DNA of 64,000 bases from Bacteroidales bacterium (GTDB lineage Bacteria > Bacteroidota > Bacteroidia > Bacteroidales > UBA12077), in NCBI GenBank assembly GCA_027859205.1, contig JAQIBH010000090.1, forward strand, positions 87-64,086. The letters are read 5' to 3'. Below, piece after piece: positions 30,719 to 41,384 of the stretch. Made by a program: the position numbers and the translations under genes. The notes under the pieces are model-generated. The model was given only the letters and a program-made list of their open reading frames with translations, did no database searches and was not told the origin of the DNA. Numbering within the stretch: the first letter of the stretch is position 1; every line of letters starts with the position of its first letter.

Positions 30719-31687
30719 ATGAGTCAATTAGAAACCACTTATTTAGGATTAAAACTTAAAAATCCTGTTATAGTTGGAAGCTCAGGGCTAACCAGTTCTA
30801 TCGATAAAATTAAACAAATAGAGGAAAAAGGTGCTGGAGCTATTGTATTAAAATCAATATTCGAAGAACAAATTAAATTTGAAGCTGGTAAAATGGCCAA
30901 TGGATCAGATTCTCCAGAAGCTCTAGATTATTTGAATTATTATGTAAAGAATAATACTGTCGCGGAATATCTCGATTTGATAAAAAATGCAAAAGAAGCA
31001 GTAAACATTCCGGTCATAGCTAGTATTAATTGCGTTAGTTCAAAAGAGTGGACAGGTTTTGCTAAAAGTATTGAAGAGGCAGGAGCAGATGCCATTGAAA
31101 TCAATGTTTTTGTATTACCAAATGATAAAAATGCTTCTGCAGAGTACTATGAAAATATTTATTTTGAATTAGCAGCACAACTTAAAAATACTATAAAAAT
31201 ACCCTTCGCATTTAAGCTTGGTTCTCATTTCTCCAATCTGGTTGGATTTGTTCAAAAATTAAATGTTTCAGGAGTAGTATTATTTAACCGTTTTTATTCT
31301 CCCGATATTGATGTTGATGAACTTAAATTTACTACCTCTGAAGTATTTAGTACTCCGGCCGAAATTAGAAATTCGTTACGGTGGGTAGGTATTATTTCTT
31401 CTAAAATACCAGATATGGATATTGCAGCTTCAACTGGTGTGCATGATGGTAAAGCTGTAGTAAAACAATTATTAGGTGGAGCAAGTGCAGTCCAGGTATG
31501 CTCAACATTATATAAAAATGGTATTGACTATTTAGAAACTATAATTAAAGACCTTGAAGAATGGATGAATAAACATGGGTTTGAGAATATAGAAGAATTT
31601 AAAGGCAAAATGAGTTATTCAAAAATTGATGACCCGCTTGTTTATGAACGATCGCAGTTTATGAAGTATTTTTCTAGCATACAATGA
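30719..31687 (+). CDS. Dihydroorotate dehydrogenase-like flavoprotein
   Basis: LKNP, KSIFEEQI, LFNRFY, ASTGVH, YERSQFMK; EINVF replaces the ELNxSCPN catalytic loop. Confidence 0.85.
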   Translation: MSQLETTYLGLKLKNPVIVGSSGLTSSIDKIKQIEEKGAGAIVLKSIFEEQIKFEAGKMANGSDSPEALDYLNYYVKNNTVAEYLDLIKNAKEAVNIPVIASINCVSSKEWTGFAKSIEEAGADAIEINVFVLPNDKNASAEYYENIYFELAAQLKNTIKIPFAFKLGSHFSNLVGFVQKLNVSGVVLFNRFYSPDIDVDELKFTTSEVFSTPAEIRNSLRWVGIISSKIPDMDIAASTGVHDGKAVVKQLLGGASAVQVCSTLYKNGIDYLETIIKDLEEWMNKHGFENIEEFKGKMSYSKIDDPLVYERSQFMKYFSSIQ

Positions 31688-31688
31688 A

Positions 31689-31715
31689 AAAATCCCGCTT
31701 AATTAGCGGGATTTT
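31689..31715. terminator. Bidirectional terminator between convergent genes
   Basis: AAAATCCCGCT-TAATT-AGCGGGATTTT. Confidence 0.85.
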
Positions 31716-32214
31716 CATTTGTATTTTTGATAATACCAATAAGTTCATAATATAATGCTTCTTTATCTTTTGTAATATCTTCAACAGAGCTTTCTAATCT
31801 GACAAGACACGTGTTTGCTAACTGTGAATCGATATAATCAAAATTATCAATAACAGTAAATACCTCAAAAGCTAACAAAAAATCCGATTGGATAAAAATT
31901 TCGGTAAAGTTTTTAATATATTCATTAAATTTTAAACCATTTTTCCAGCACGAAGCAACAAGAATATTCAAAATATTTTTATAATCAGGGTTTTCTATAG
32001 CATCCATTATAATTGGAACGCTATCTTGATCATTTAAATTTTCAATTATTTGTATCGCTTCCTCACGTATAACTGTTTCATTTGTTTTGTATAATATATC
32101 AATGACTTCATATAATAATCCTTTATTTCCTTCTTTTTTTATATACTTTAAAGTATCAAGTACAATTGACAATTTTTCTGATCTTAGTTTCTTTATAATT
32201 TCCTTATTATCCAT
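31699..32214 (-). CDS. HEAT-repeat-like hypothetical protein
   Basis: All-helical 171 aa; LVASCW motif; TAAATTTG promoter box at 32261-32268. Confidence 0.7.
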   Translation of the reverse strand: MDNKEIIKKLRSEKLSIVLDTLKYIKKEGNKGLLYEVIDILYKTNETVIREEAIQIIENLNDQDSVPIIMDAIENPDYKNILNILVASCWKNGLKFNEYIKNFTEIFIQSDFLLAFEVFTVIDNFDYIDSQLANTCLVRLESSVEDITKDKEALYYELIGIIKNTNENPAN

Positions 32215-32474
32215 GATTTAACTAATAATAATGTACGTAAGATTATTAATTTTTACGATGCAAATTTAAAATAATTACTTCAATATATTAGTTAATCAAA
32301 TTATAATTTGTTAAATTGTTTTTGAAAAATTCACACTCTTTTGAAACAAAACTCATTAAAAAAATCATGTATTAACATGTTTCCCTGTAAGGGAGATGCT
32401 TTGTTTTTTAAAAAAAAGTGTTACTTTTACTACAAATTGTTTTAAATTGGTAACAATTAATAAGACGGCAAGTT

Positions 32475-33407
32475 ATGAATATGAAATTATTACATCGAAA
32501 GGCATTATATTTTTTTGCAATGTTAATGTCTGTAGCATTGGTGATTGGATGTGGCTCTGGTAAAGACAAAACAAATGATTCCGATGATATTGTTACTCTT
32601 GATTCGCTCGAAATTGATGAGCAATTAATTCAAGATGTAAAAGCAGTTAAGGAAATTTTTTATTCTTTGCCTTCGCCATTAGAAACTGCTATGATTCTTA
32701 AGCAGGCTGGAGCAAAATATAATGAGGAGCTTCTTAATCCTACAGAAAATTCTTCCAGATATTTAACCAATAAAAGTATGGCTTTAAATCTAGGTATTTA
32801 TACTACTGATTTAAGTTATGCTAGTTTGTTTGATCAAACTCAAGCAACGATTAATTATATGAATGTTTCTAAGAAAATGGCTGAAGGATTGGGGATTCTT
32901 AATGCCATTGATGAAGATATTATTGAACGTTTAGAAGTAAATATTAATAATAGAGTTGCTATTATGGATATCATTTCTGAAACAATTATGAATTCAAGTT
33001 CATTTTTTGAAGAAAATGATAGACAAGCATTGTCATCAATTGTATTAGTTGGTGGTTGGATTGAAGGTTTATATATAGCTACTAATTTAGTTGGAGCTGA
33101 TGCTAATTTTAATAATAATGAATTAATAAGTCGTATTATTGATCAGAAACTTACTTTAGGTACTGTACTTAACTTATTAGACGAGAATTCAGATAATGAA
33201 GATGTTAAGAATGTTATGACTAATGTAAACGAATTAAAAGTTATTTTTGACAAAATTAAAATTACAACTTCAAAAATAGAACCTGTAATTGATGAAGAAA
33301 CTAACGTTACAACACTTAAATCAGAGACTAGAGTATCAATGAGTCCTGCAACTTATAATGAATTGAAAGAAAAAGTTAAGGTAATACGAAGTAATTATAT
33401 ACTATAA
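32475..33407 (+). CDS. Hypothetical helical lipoprotein
   Basis: Lipobox VIG/C, acidic linker, LPSPLE, LNLGIYTTDL, GGWIEGLY. Confidence 0.8.
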   Translation: MNMKLLHRKALYFFAMLMSVALVIGCGSGKDKTNDSDDIVTLDSLEIDEQLIQDVKAVKEIFYSLPSPLETAMILKQAGAKYNEELLNPTENSSRYLTNKSMALNLGIYTTDLSYASLFDQTQATINYMNVSKKMAEGLGILNAIDEDIIERLEVNINNRVAIMDIISETIMNSSSFFEENDRQALSSIVLVGGWIEGLYIATNLVGADANFNNNELISRIIDQKLTLGTVLNLLDENSDNEDVKNVMTNVNELKVIFDKIKITTSKIEPVIDEETNVTTLKSETRVSMSPATYNELKEKVKVIRSNYIL

Positions 33408-33421
33408 AAATATCCTCTGTT

Positions 33422-33868
33422 ATGAAAAGAATATACCAGATATTAATTATACTAACAGTATTGACTCTAATACCCTTTTATGGTAATTCGCAGTGTAAAA
33501 GTTTCGCTAAAAAGGTTTGTAAATTAGAACTAACTCCATATATACACGATGGTAATTTTAATGCTGCTATTTTAACTGAGGGTGAAGATGCTGAATTATA
33601 TAAAACATTTTACGCTGGACAAAATTACAGAATCTATATTTGTGGATCAGATGCACTTCCTGAAATTGAGTTTCAGGTACTCGATGTAAATAGAAACGTT
33701 TTATACGATAATAGAAAAAAAGATTATTCCAGGTTGTGGGATTTTAAATTAGAATCGAGTCAACAATTAATAATTTCGTTAAGAGTAAAGAATAGCGAAG
33801 GAGAATCATATGAAATAGTTAGTGGTTGTGTAGCAATTATGTTTGGATTGAAAGAAGATATGGATTAA
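33422..33868 (+). CDS. Exported hypothetical beta-rich protein
   Basis: Signal peptide ending NS/QC; four Cys; 14 nt after the lipoprotein gene. Confidence 0.78.
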   Translation: MKRIYQILIILTVLTLIPFYGNSQCKSFAKKVCKLELTPYIHDGNFNAAILTEGEDAELYKTFYAGQNYRIYICGSDALPEIEFQVLDVNRNVLYDNRKKDYSRLWDFKLESSQQLIISLRVKNSEGESYEIVSGCVAIMFGLKEDMD

Positions 33869-33885
33869 TAATAAAGGTATTAAAT

Positions 33886-33921
33886 AAAAGAGCCTGTAAT
33901 AATATTATTGCAGGCTCTTTT
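33886..33921. terminator. Bidirectional terminator
   Basis: AAAAGAGCCTGTAATAA...TTATTGCAGGCTCTTTT between convergent genes. Confidence 0.85.
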
Positions 33922-33932
33922 TATATTTGCAA

Positions 33933-36731
33933 TTATGCAAACAATTTTTCTTTTAAATATTTTCCAGTATAAGATTCTCTACATTTAATCAGTTCTTCGG
34001 GTGTACCTTCAAATACGATACTTCCTCCATATTTTCCTCCTTCCGGACCCAAGTCAATAATCCAATCACCAGATTTTATTATTTCAAGGTTATGTTCAAT
34101 AATTAATACAGAGTTTCCTCTTGAAATTAGTGCATTGAATGCTTCGAGAAGTTTTTTTATATCATGAAAATGTAATCCTGTTGTAGGTTCATCAAAAATG
34201 AATAAAGTAGATTGCTTAGAATTTTCTTTGCTTAAAAATGAAGCCAGTTTAACTCTTTGACTTTCTCCTCCGCTTAAAGTGCTAGACGATTGGCCAAGTT
34301 TAATATACCCTAAACCTACTTCGGCAAGTGGAGAGAGTTTGCTTACAATCTTTTTCTCGGTTGATCCAATTCCTTCATTAAAAAACTCTATAGCCTCATT
34401 TACGGTCATCTCCAAAATATTAAAGATGTTATTGTTTCGATATTTTACATCTAAAATTTCTTCTTTAAATCTTTTCCCGTGGCAATGGTCACAAATTAAA
34501 GTAACATCAGCCATAAATTGCATTTCAACCTTTATTACACCTTCACCCTGACATTCTTCGCACCGTCCACCATCAATATTAAATGAGTAATGTGATGCTT
34601 TGAAATTGTTTATTTTAGATAATTGCTGATTCGCATATAGTTTTCTAATTTCATCGTATGCTTTTAAGTAAGTAACAGGATTAGATCTGGACGATTTGCC
34701 AATAGGATTTTGATCAACAAACTCAATGTTTTCAAGTTGGTTAATATCACCTTGTAATTTATCAAATTTTCCCGTTTTTTCTCCTGTGCCTAATAATATT
34801 TTACTCAATGCTGGCGATAATATATTTTTTACTAATGTTGATTTACCTGAGCCGCTAACACCTGTAACGACAGTTAATACATTTAAAGGAAATTTAACAT
34901 TAATATTTTTTAAATTATTTTCTCTTGCTTCTGTAACTTCTATAAAATTATTCCATTTGCGTCTCTCTTTGGGAATATTTATAAATTTTCTTCCTGTAAG
35001 ATATTTTGCTGTTAAAGAGTTTTTATCTTTGATTAGTTGTTCTCTGTTTCCGTGAAAAATAATTTCGCCACCTAATCTTCCAGCAAAAGGACCTATGTCA
35101 ATTATTTCATCAGCTGATTTAATAATATCTTCATCGTGTTCAACAACAATAACTGTATTGCCAATTCTTTGTAAGTGTTTTAAGACGGATATAAGTTGAT
35201 TGTTGTCTCTGGAATGTAAACCAATACTTGGCTCGTCAAGAATATAAAGAGAACCTACAAGACTGCTTCCAAGTGATGTAGCAAGATTTATTCGTTGTGA
35301 TTCTCCACCTGAAAGAGTTGAGGATAATCTGTTTAAAGTTAAGTAGCCAAGTCCTACATTCATAAGAAAATCTAAACGACTATTTATTTCAATTAAAATG
35401 CGTTTAGAAACATCTTTCTCAAAATCGGTTAATGTAAGGTCTTTGAAAAAGAGTTGTAACTCATCAATTGGCAATAAGACTAAATCTTGTAAAGATTTAT
35501 TATCTATTTTAATATAAGAAGCTTCTTTCTTGAGACGTGTACCTCTGCAATCGGGACAGGTTGTTTTACCTCGATATCTTGATAACATCACACGGTATTG
35601 AATCTTATATTTTTGCTCCTCTAAATGTTCAAAAAATGTATTAAGTCCCCAGAAATGCTTATTGCCAGTCCAAAGTAGCTGTTTTTGATCATCAGATAAA
35701 TCGAAAAAGGGTTTATGAATTGGGAAATCAAATTTATCAGCATTATAAACGAGTTTATTTTTCCATTCTTGCATTTTTTCCCCACGCCAACATGCGATTG
35801 CTTCTTCGTATACAGATAATCCTTTATTTGGAATTACTAAATCTTCGTCAATTCCAATAATTTTACCATAACCTTCGCATCGAGGACAAGCTCCTACAGG
35901 ATTATTAAAACTAAATGTATGAACCGTAGGATCTTCAAACTCAATTCCATCTGCTTCAAATTTATTTGAGAATGTTTCACATGTATTTGGTTCTCCAAAA
36001 GCTTTAATAATGCAATATCCCTTACCTTCCGAAAATGCAATTTGTACCGAATCTGCAAATCGACTCAAGGAATCCTCGTTTGTTTCAACTTTAATTCTGT
36101 CAACAACTCTATTAAATGAATCTTTCTTATTTATTGATGAAGAATTTTCAAGCAAATCACTGATTTTAAAAATCTCGAAATTTTGTTCAATTCTTGAAAT
36201 ACCTTCATTGTGCAACATTTTAAGATATTCTTCAAATGATTTTCCATTATTAGGAGTAAATGGGGCAAGAATTAAAAGTTTTGAGTTTTCATTAAAACTA
36301 GTAATATAGTTTACGACATCAGTTACGGAATGTCGTTGTACTATTTTATTCGAAATAGGAGAGAAAGTTTTTCCAATACGGGCAAACAAGAGTTTAAAAT
36401 AGTCGTAAACCTCGGTAGATGTTCCAACAGTTGATCTTGGATTTCTTGTGTTTACTTTTTGTTCGATCGCAATTGCAGGAGGAATCCCTTGAATGAGTTC
36501 AACGTCGGGCTTGTTTATTTTGCCTAAAAATTGCCTTGCATAAGAAGATAAACTTTCAACATATCGTCTTTGTCCTTCGGCATAAATAGTGTCGAATGCC
36601 AATGATGATTTTCCGGAACCTGAAACGCCAGTGATAACAACAAATTTATCACGAGGAATATTAATATTAATGTTCTTTAAATTATGAACTTTTGCACCTT
36701 TTATATGGATGTATTGATCTTTGTTTGGCAT
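33933..36731 (-). CDS. uvrA: Excinuclease ABC subunit A
   Basis: Two ABC cassettes ([19 protein letters not shown]) and Zn-finger CxxC pairs. Confidence 0.98.
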   Translation of the reverse strand: MPNKDQYIHIKGAKVHNLKNININIPRDKFVVITGVSGSGKSSLAFDTIYAEGQRRYVESLSSYARQFLGKINKPDVELIQGIPPAIAIEQKVNTRNPRSTVGTSTEVYDYFKLLFARIGKTFSPISNKIVQRHSVTDVVNYITSFNENSKLLILAPFTPNNGKSFEEYLKMLHNEGISRIEQNFEIFKISDLLENSSSINKKDSFNRVVDRIKVETNEDSLSRFADSVQIAFSEGKGYCIIKAFGEPNTCETFSNKFEADGIEFEDPTVHTFSFNNPVGACPRCEGYGKIIGIDEDLVIPNKGLSVYEEAIACWRGEKMQEWKNKLVYNADKFDFPIHKPFFDLSDDQKQLLWTGNKHFWGLNTFFEHLEEQKYKIQYRVMLSRYRGKTTCPDCRGTRLKKEASYIKIDNKSLQDLVLLPIDELQLFFKDLTLTDFEKDVSKRILIEINSRLDFLMNVGLGYLTLNRLSSTLSGGESQRINLATSLGSSLVGSLYILDEPSIGLHSRDNNQLISVLKHLQRIGNTVIVVEHDEDIIKSADEIIDIGPFAGRLGGEIIFHGNREQLIKDKNSLTAKYLTGRKFINIPKERRKWNNFIEVTEARENNLKNINVKFPLNVLTVVTGVSGSGKSTLVKNILSPALSKILLGTGEKTGKFDKLQGDINQLENIEFVDQNPIGKSSRSNPVTYLKAYDEIRKLYANQQLSKINNFKASHYSFNIDGGRCEECQGEGVIKVEMQFMADVTLICDHCHGKRFKEEILDVKYRNNNIFNILEMTVNEAIEFFNEGIGSTEKKIVSKLSPLAEVGLGYIKLGQSSSTLSGGESQRVKLASFLSKENSKQSTLFIFDEPTTGLHFHDIKKLLEAFNALISRGNSVLIIEHNLEIIKSGDWIIDLGPEGGKYGGSIVFEGTPEELIKCRESYTGKYLKEKLFA

Positions 36732-36907
36732 AAAAATTGAATAATAATAATAATAAAGAATGTTAACAAAACTTAATTGGTTTTGAATTAAATGATTTTT
36801 TTATTTATATTGCACTAAATTAGTTAATTAAATTCTAACCTAAAACACGGAGGATTGTTTATCGATTAAACTTCTACTTTTTTAAATCATTAAAAAAGGA
36901 GGTCGTT

Positions 36908-37498
36908 TTGAAAAAATCAAAACTCACCGATCATGAACTTGTAACAGAGTTTATTGGGGGTAAACAATCTAGTTTCGAAATCATAGTTAATCGCCACAAA
37001 GATAAAGTTTTTACTTATATCTTGTTAATGGTAAAAAGTGAGCATTTAGCTCATGACATTTTTCAGGAAACTTTTATAAAAGTTGTTAAATCACTTCATG
37101 CTGGTAAATATCAAGAGAACGGTAAATTCATATCGTGGGTAGTTCGTATAGCACATAATTTAATTATTGATCATTTTAGGAAAGAGAAACAAATGAGAAC
37201 TTTTTCTAATGATGACTACGAAACGGATATTTTTAATTCATCAAAGTTTTCTGATAGTACCATTGAAGATGATATTATTCAGGATCAGATTATGTCAGAT
37301 GTTCGCCAATTAGTAGATTTTTTACCCAATGAACAGAAGGAAGTTATTGTATTGCGTCATTTTATGGGATTAAGTTTTAAGGAGATATCAGAGCAAACAA
37401 ATGTTAGTATAAATACTGCTTTAGGCCGTATGAGATACGCTTTAATTAATTTACGAAAATTAGTTAATGAGAAAAATCTGAGTTTAACTATTGCATAA
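36908..37498 (+). CDS. ECF (sigma-70 group 4) RNA polymerase sigma factor
   Basis: DIFQETFIK, WVVRIAHNLIIDHFRK, SFKEIS, SINTALGRMRYA; TTG start. Confidence 0.95.
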   Translation: MKKSKLTDHELVTEFIGGKQSSFEIIVNRHKDKVFTYILLMVKSEHLAHDIFQETFIKVVKSLHAGKYQENGKFISWVVRIAHNLIIDHFRKEKQMRTFSNDDYETDIFNSSKFSDSTIEDDIIQDQIMSDVRQLVDFLPNEQKEVIVLRHFMGLSFKEISEQTNVSINTALGRMRYALINLRKLVNEKNLSLTIA

Positions 37499-37588
37499 AA
37501 TAAATAAAGATGAAAAAAAGTTAGAACAAAATATAATAAAGAATTAGCCGTAAGCGTTCTAAAGATAAATCAAAACTTATTATAGCCT

Positions 37589-37777
37589 ATGGTGAAAAAT
37601 TTTACTCTAACTTATCTTTACGGTAATTTTGATGAAAGTGAGCTGAAATTTAATGAATTAAATGAATATGATTTAAGTGAGTTTGATAGTATTTTTACTT
37701 TTATTGAAAAAAATACAAAAAAGATACCAGAAAGAATAGTTAATAATGTAATTGATTTTGCAAGAAACTATTCTTAA
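37589..37777 (+). CDS. Small acidic hypothetical protein downstream of the ECF sigma
   Basis: 62-aa ORF between the sigma gene and a terminator. Confidence 0.6.
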   Translation: MVKNFTLTYLYGNFDESELKFNELNEYDLSEFDSIFTFIEKNTKKIPERIVNNVIDFARNYS

Positions 37778-37799
37778 TTAATGATTACGTAAGACTTTT

Positions 37800-37832
37800 A
37801 AGAGATGATGTTAAATATCATCTCTTTTTTTA
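37800..37832 (+). terminator. Intrinsic terminator
   Basis: AAGAGATGATG-TTAAA-TATCATCTCTT plus T-tract. Confidence 0.8.
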
Positions 37833-37872
37833 TGCAAAAAACTTGACTTGTATTAATTTTTTTAATATTATT

Positions 37873-37893
37873 GTGATATCAATTTGATATCAC
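37873..37893. promoter_or_regulatory. Perfect 21-bp palindromic operator, probably for the Arc/RHH regulator of the SPFH operon
   Basis: GTGATATCAA-T-TTGATATCAC 31 nt upstream of the SPFH ATG; each half contains TGATATCA. Confidence 0.72.
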
Positions 37894-37924
37894 TATTTAA
37901 TTATTTAATTTAAAAAAGATAGAA

Positions 37925-38779
37925 ATGAAAAATGAAAAAGTATTTTCGGCAGCACCAGGTTTTTTGATGCTATTTTTGGAAATAATTATGCTGGGAATTG
38001 GTATTGCAGGTTTAATTTACTTGCATAACTTATGGTTTTTGGCTTTATTAATTATTGGTATTTTTATGCTTATAGGACTAGTAATTGTAAATCCAAATGA
38101 ATCTATGGTTCTCGTTCTTTTTGGAGCGTATAAAGGAACAATTAAGGAAAATGGTTTTTTCTGGATAAATCCATTTTATACTAGAAGAAAGATTTCGCTT
38201 AGAGCTCGAAATTTTGATAGCGAGCCTAGTAAAGTTAACGACAAGGTTGGTAATCCAATTAAAATTGGAGTTGTATTGGTTTGGAAGGTAGAAAATACTT
38301 ACAAAGCTGCTTTTGAGGTGAATGAATATGAACATTTTGTTGTTGTTCAGAGTGAAGCTGCACTTCGTAAACTTGCTGGAAAATACCCTTATGATAATTT
38401 TGAAGTTGAGGAAGCCGAGATTACCTTAAGATCGGGTGTTGAAGAAGTAAATCATGAATTGGAAAAAGAAATTGTTGAGAGATTGGAAATTGCAGGTATT
38501 CACGTTATTGAAGCACGTATAAATTATATTGCATATGCAGAGGAAATAGCAAGTGCTATGCTTAGAAGACAGCAAGCAACTGCTATAGTAGCAGCTCGAC
38601 ATAAAATTGTTGAAGGAGCAGTAGGTATGGTTGAAATTGCTTTAGAACAATTAGCTGGTAAAAACATTATTGAATTGGATCAGGAGGCAAAAGCAGCCAT
38701 GGTTAGTAATTTAATGGTTGTTCTTTGTTCTGATGAATCTGCAAGACCGGTTGTTAATACAGGAACACTAAATCATTAA
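37925..38779 (+). CDS. SPFH/band 7 domain membrane protein
   Basis: Two TM helices, KVNDKVGNPI, AMLRRQQA, MVSNLMVVLC. Confidence 0.93.
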   Translation: MKNEKVFSAAPGFLMLFLEIIMLGIGIAGLIYLHNLWFLALLIIGIFMLIGLVIVNPNESMVLVLFGAYKGTIKENGFFWINPFYTRRKISLRARNFDSEPSKVNDKVGNPIKIGVVLVWKVENTYKAAFEVNEYEHFVVVQSEAALRKLAGKYPYDNFEVEEAEITLRSGVEEVNHELEKEIVERLEIAGIHVIEARINYIAYAEEIASAMLRRQQATAIVAARHKIVEGAVGMVEIALEQLAGKNIIELDQEAKAAMVSNLMVVLCSDESARPVVNTGTLNH

Positions 38780-38789
38780 GCTCTAATTT

Positions 38790-39287
38790 ATGAAATTACA
38801 TTTCTCAGAAAAGCAGAGTTTTAGGAATGTTTGGATTCTAGTAGGCTTTATTTTAATCAATGGTCTTACTGTTTATGGGTTATACCAACAAGTATTGCTA
38901 GGAAAACCATGGGGAAATAATCCTATGTCAAATTCAGGATTAATTATCACTGAAGTGTTAGTATTTGCATTTTCTTTATGGTATTGGAATATTAAACTTG
39001 TAGTTAAAGTTCTTGATGAAGGTATTTATATTAAATTTTTAATGATGCAGTTTAAATATAAATTGATAGAATTTAATCAGATAGATACTTGTAAAGCAAT
39101 TGAATATAATGCGATTAAAGAATTTGGAGGCTGGGGAATAAAAGGAATAAAGCATAAAAAGGCATATACAACTTCTGGAAAATTTGGAGTACAATTAAAA
39201 CTTAAGAATGGGAATACTGTTTTAATAGGTACTAAAAAGCCAGATGGCTTAACTCTAGCAATAGATAAAAATCTGAATAATATTTAA
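38790..39287 (+). CDS. Membrane protein with bacterial PH-like C-terminal domain
   Basis: FSEKQSF, two TM helices, EFGGWGIK, LIGTKKP. Confidence 0.75.
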   Translation: MKLHFSEKQSFRNVWILVGFILINGLTVYGLYQQVLLGKPWGNNPMSNSGLIITEVLVFAFSLWYWNIKLVVKVLDEGIYIKFLMMQFKYKLIEFNQIDTCKAIEYNAIKEFGGWGIKGIKHKKAYTTSGKFGVQLKLKNGNTVLIGTKKPDGLTLAIDKNLNNI

Positions 39288-39299
39288 ATTAATTAGAAA

Positions 39300-39479
39300 A
39301 TGTCTAAAAAGAAATCTTTTGTACTTAGACTTAACGAGGATAAAATGAAAGCACTTGAAAAGTGGGCTGCGGATGAGTTTCGTAGTGCCAATGGTCAAAT
39401 TGAATGGATTATTACTAAGGCATTAAAAGATTCCAAGAGATTAAAAAAAACAGATTTATCAAATACTGATGAAGATTAA
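39300..39479 (+). CDS. Arc/ribbon-helix-helix DNA-binding protein
   Basis: Below the ORF-track cutoff; 59 aa, MSKKKSFVLRLNEDKMKALEKWAADEFRSANGQIEWIITKAL. Confidence 0.88.
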   Translation: MSKKKSFVLRLNEDKMKALEKWAADEFRSANGQIEWIITKALKDSKRLKKTDLSNTDED

Positions 39480-39491
39480 TATACCAAAATA

Positions 39492-40082
39492 ATGGAAAAA
39501 GAAAAGTCATCTGTAGATATTTTAAAAGAAATTGCAAAGAGAGCTAATTGGGAATTTAGTTTAACTGAAAAAACTTTAAATACTCGTTATGGAAATAGTG
39601 CGAGAAATGTAATAATTAAGAATCATCAAATTAGTGATTCATATTTTATTTCTGCTCAAACAACTAATTTTGATAAATACAGAATTTATAGTGGTATATT
39701 TTTTCCGGTTACTGGATCCAATAATTATAAATTATTGATTCGAAAAAGGAATCAGCTCGATAAGTTTAGCTTTCGTAAAAATAGACTAAGGTTTAAAATA
39801 GGGAATAGCAGCTTTGATTCAAAAGTATATATCGAAACAAATAATGATATCGAAACACATAAGCTGTTGAGTAACTCAAAAATTCAACTAGAAATTATTG
39901 AATTTGTATATTCTGCAGATTGTTTATATGTCGGATTCAATGAAATAAATCCAGGTTTTAATAAAGATTTGGAAGGGAAGAAATTTTTATCGGTATTCAT
40001 GGCATTAGGATGGATGATTGACAAAAAAATGATTGACAAAGCATATAGACTTGGTGAATTATTAAAAAGTAAGTTTAGCTAA
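39492..40082 (+). CDS. Hypothetical protein
   Basis: 196-aa ORF in operon spacing. Confidence 0.7.
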   Translation: MEKEKSSVDILKEIAKRANWEFSLTEKTLNTRYGNSARNVIIKNHQISDSYFISAQTTNFDKYRIYSGIFFPVTGSNNYKLLIRKRNQLDKFSFRKNRLRFKIGNSSFDSKVYIETNNDIETHKLLSNSKIQLEIIEFVYSADCLYVGFNEINPGFNKDLEGKKFLSVFMALGWMIDKKMIDKAYRLGELLKSKFS

Positions 40083-40093
40083 AATAAATAATT

Positions 40094-40306
40094 TTGTATA
40101 AAAATTACAAATACACTTGTTGGAAATGTAATGGCAAACAGTATGAAGTAGGTGAAATTAGAACCACCGGAAGCTTTATGATGAAATTATTTAATATTCA
40201 GAATATTAAGTTTACTACGGTTACCTGTTCGAAATGTCAGTATACAGAACTATTCAAAACTGCGAGCAGTAAGTTTGGAAATGTTGTAGATTTCTTTACA
40301 AATTAG
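40094..40306 (+). CDS. Small zinc-ribbon protein (DUF2082-like)
   Basis: CWKC...CSKCQYTELF, ending VVDFFTN. Confidence 0.8.
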   Translation: MYKNYKYTCWKCNGKQYEVGEIRTTGSFMMKLFNIQNIKFTTVTCSKCQYTELFKTASSKFGNVVDFFTN

Positions 40307-40482
40307 AAGGCAAAGATTTCATATTACTGAATGTTAGTCGATTTTGGATGATGTTTGAAAAGGTATTTTTAAATAGATTTACTAATGTTTTAACTGAATA
40401 TATATTGAAAGTAATACATTGAAAATAAAAGGTTTTACAAAGGATTATTAATTATCTTAGCAAACAATAAAATAGAAAATTA

Positions 40483-41384
40483 ATGAAAAAAATACAATTG
40501 AATTTGAGGAAGCGTTAGATGAATTTGTTGAGGAATTAAAAACTTATGTTTCTACTGAAACTGGAGATTGGACAATTAAAGGCTTTATAGATATTTATAA
40601 AAATATTTATACTATATCTTCGGATACAAAAATAGTTTCAAAAATACTTGAGATACATATTTTTCCCGAAATTTTAAGATTTGCTGAACGGATAGGATAT
40701 AAGATTATTTTAGCTGAGCATCAAAATTGGTATCCAGACTTGACTTTTGTTCATAAGCAAAATGATGCTATCAAATTCGCACTTGATTTAAAAACAACAT
40801 TTCGTAGAAATAATAAAACAGCTGGATTCACATTGGGAAGTCATGGTGCTTATTTTAAGGAGAGAGATAAGGATAAAAACATACAATTTCCATACAATCA
40901 ATATACTGGACACTATTGTTTAGGTATAATTTATACAAGAACTGACTTCGAAGAAGATTTGGCAGAAACAGAAATTTATAAAGTTAATGACTTGGAAGAG
41001 CAGTACGGAGACGTACCAGACCCAATTGGAGAAAGGCAAGTTACTCCAATAGATAACCTAAGATCGATTACTTCAGTAATTAAAGATTTTGATTTTTTCG
41101 CTGCAGCAAAATGGAAAATTTCTAGTGACAGTCAAGGTTCAGGCAATACAGCAAATATTGGTTCAATCAATGATATAGACGATTTAAAAGCAGGCAATGG
41201 AGTTTTTAGCAAATTAGGAGAATCGTGGTTCGATGAATATTGGATGAATTATGGCATTGCAACTATGATTAAAGATGGGGAAACTGTTATAATAACTAAT
41301 ATTTGGGATTTTTTAGAGTTTAAAGGTAGAACAGATTTGTTTGAAAGTGTTGTGGCAAAAGGAGCAAAAAGGAGAAAAAAATGA
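40483..41384 (+). pseudogene. EcoRV-like type II restriction endonuclease; ATG out of frame by one base across an A7 tract
   Basis: Open frame from 40476 encodes DTKIVSKILE, QNWYPDLTF, ALDLKTT (PD..DxK), FTLG and GSGNTANIGS, as in EcoRV. The only nearby ATG (40483) is in another frame and stops at 40518. Confidence 0.8.

Noticed and set aside
40740-41384. ORF-track 214-aa version of the endonuclease
   Set aside because: It starts after the catalytic PD; EcoRV-like similarity extends upstream to about 40480
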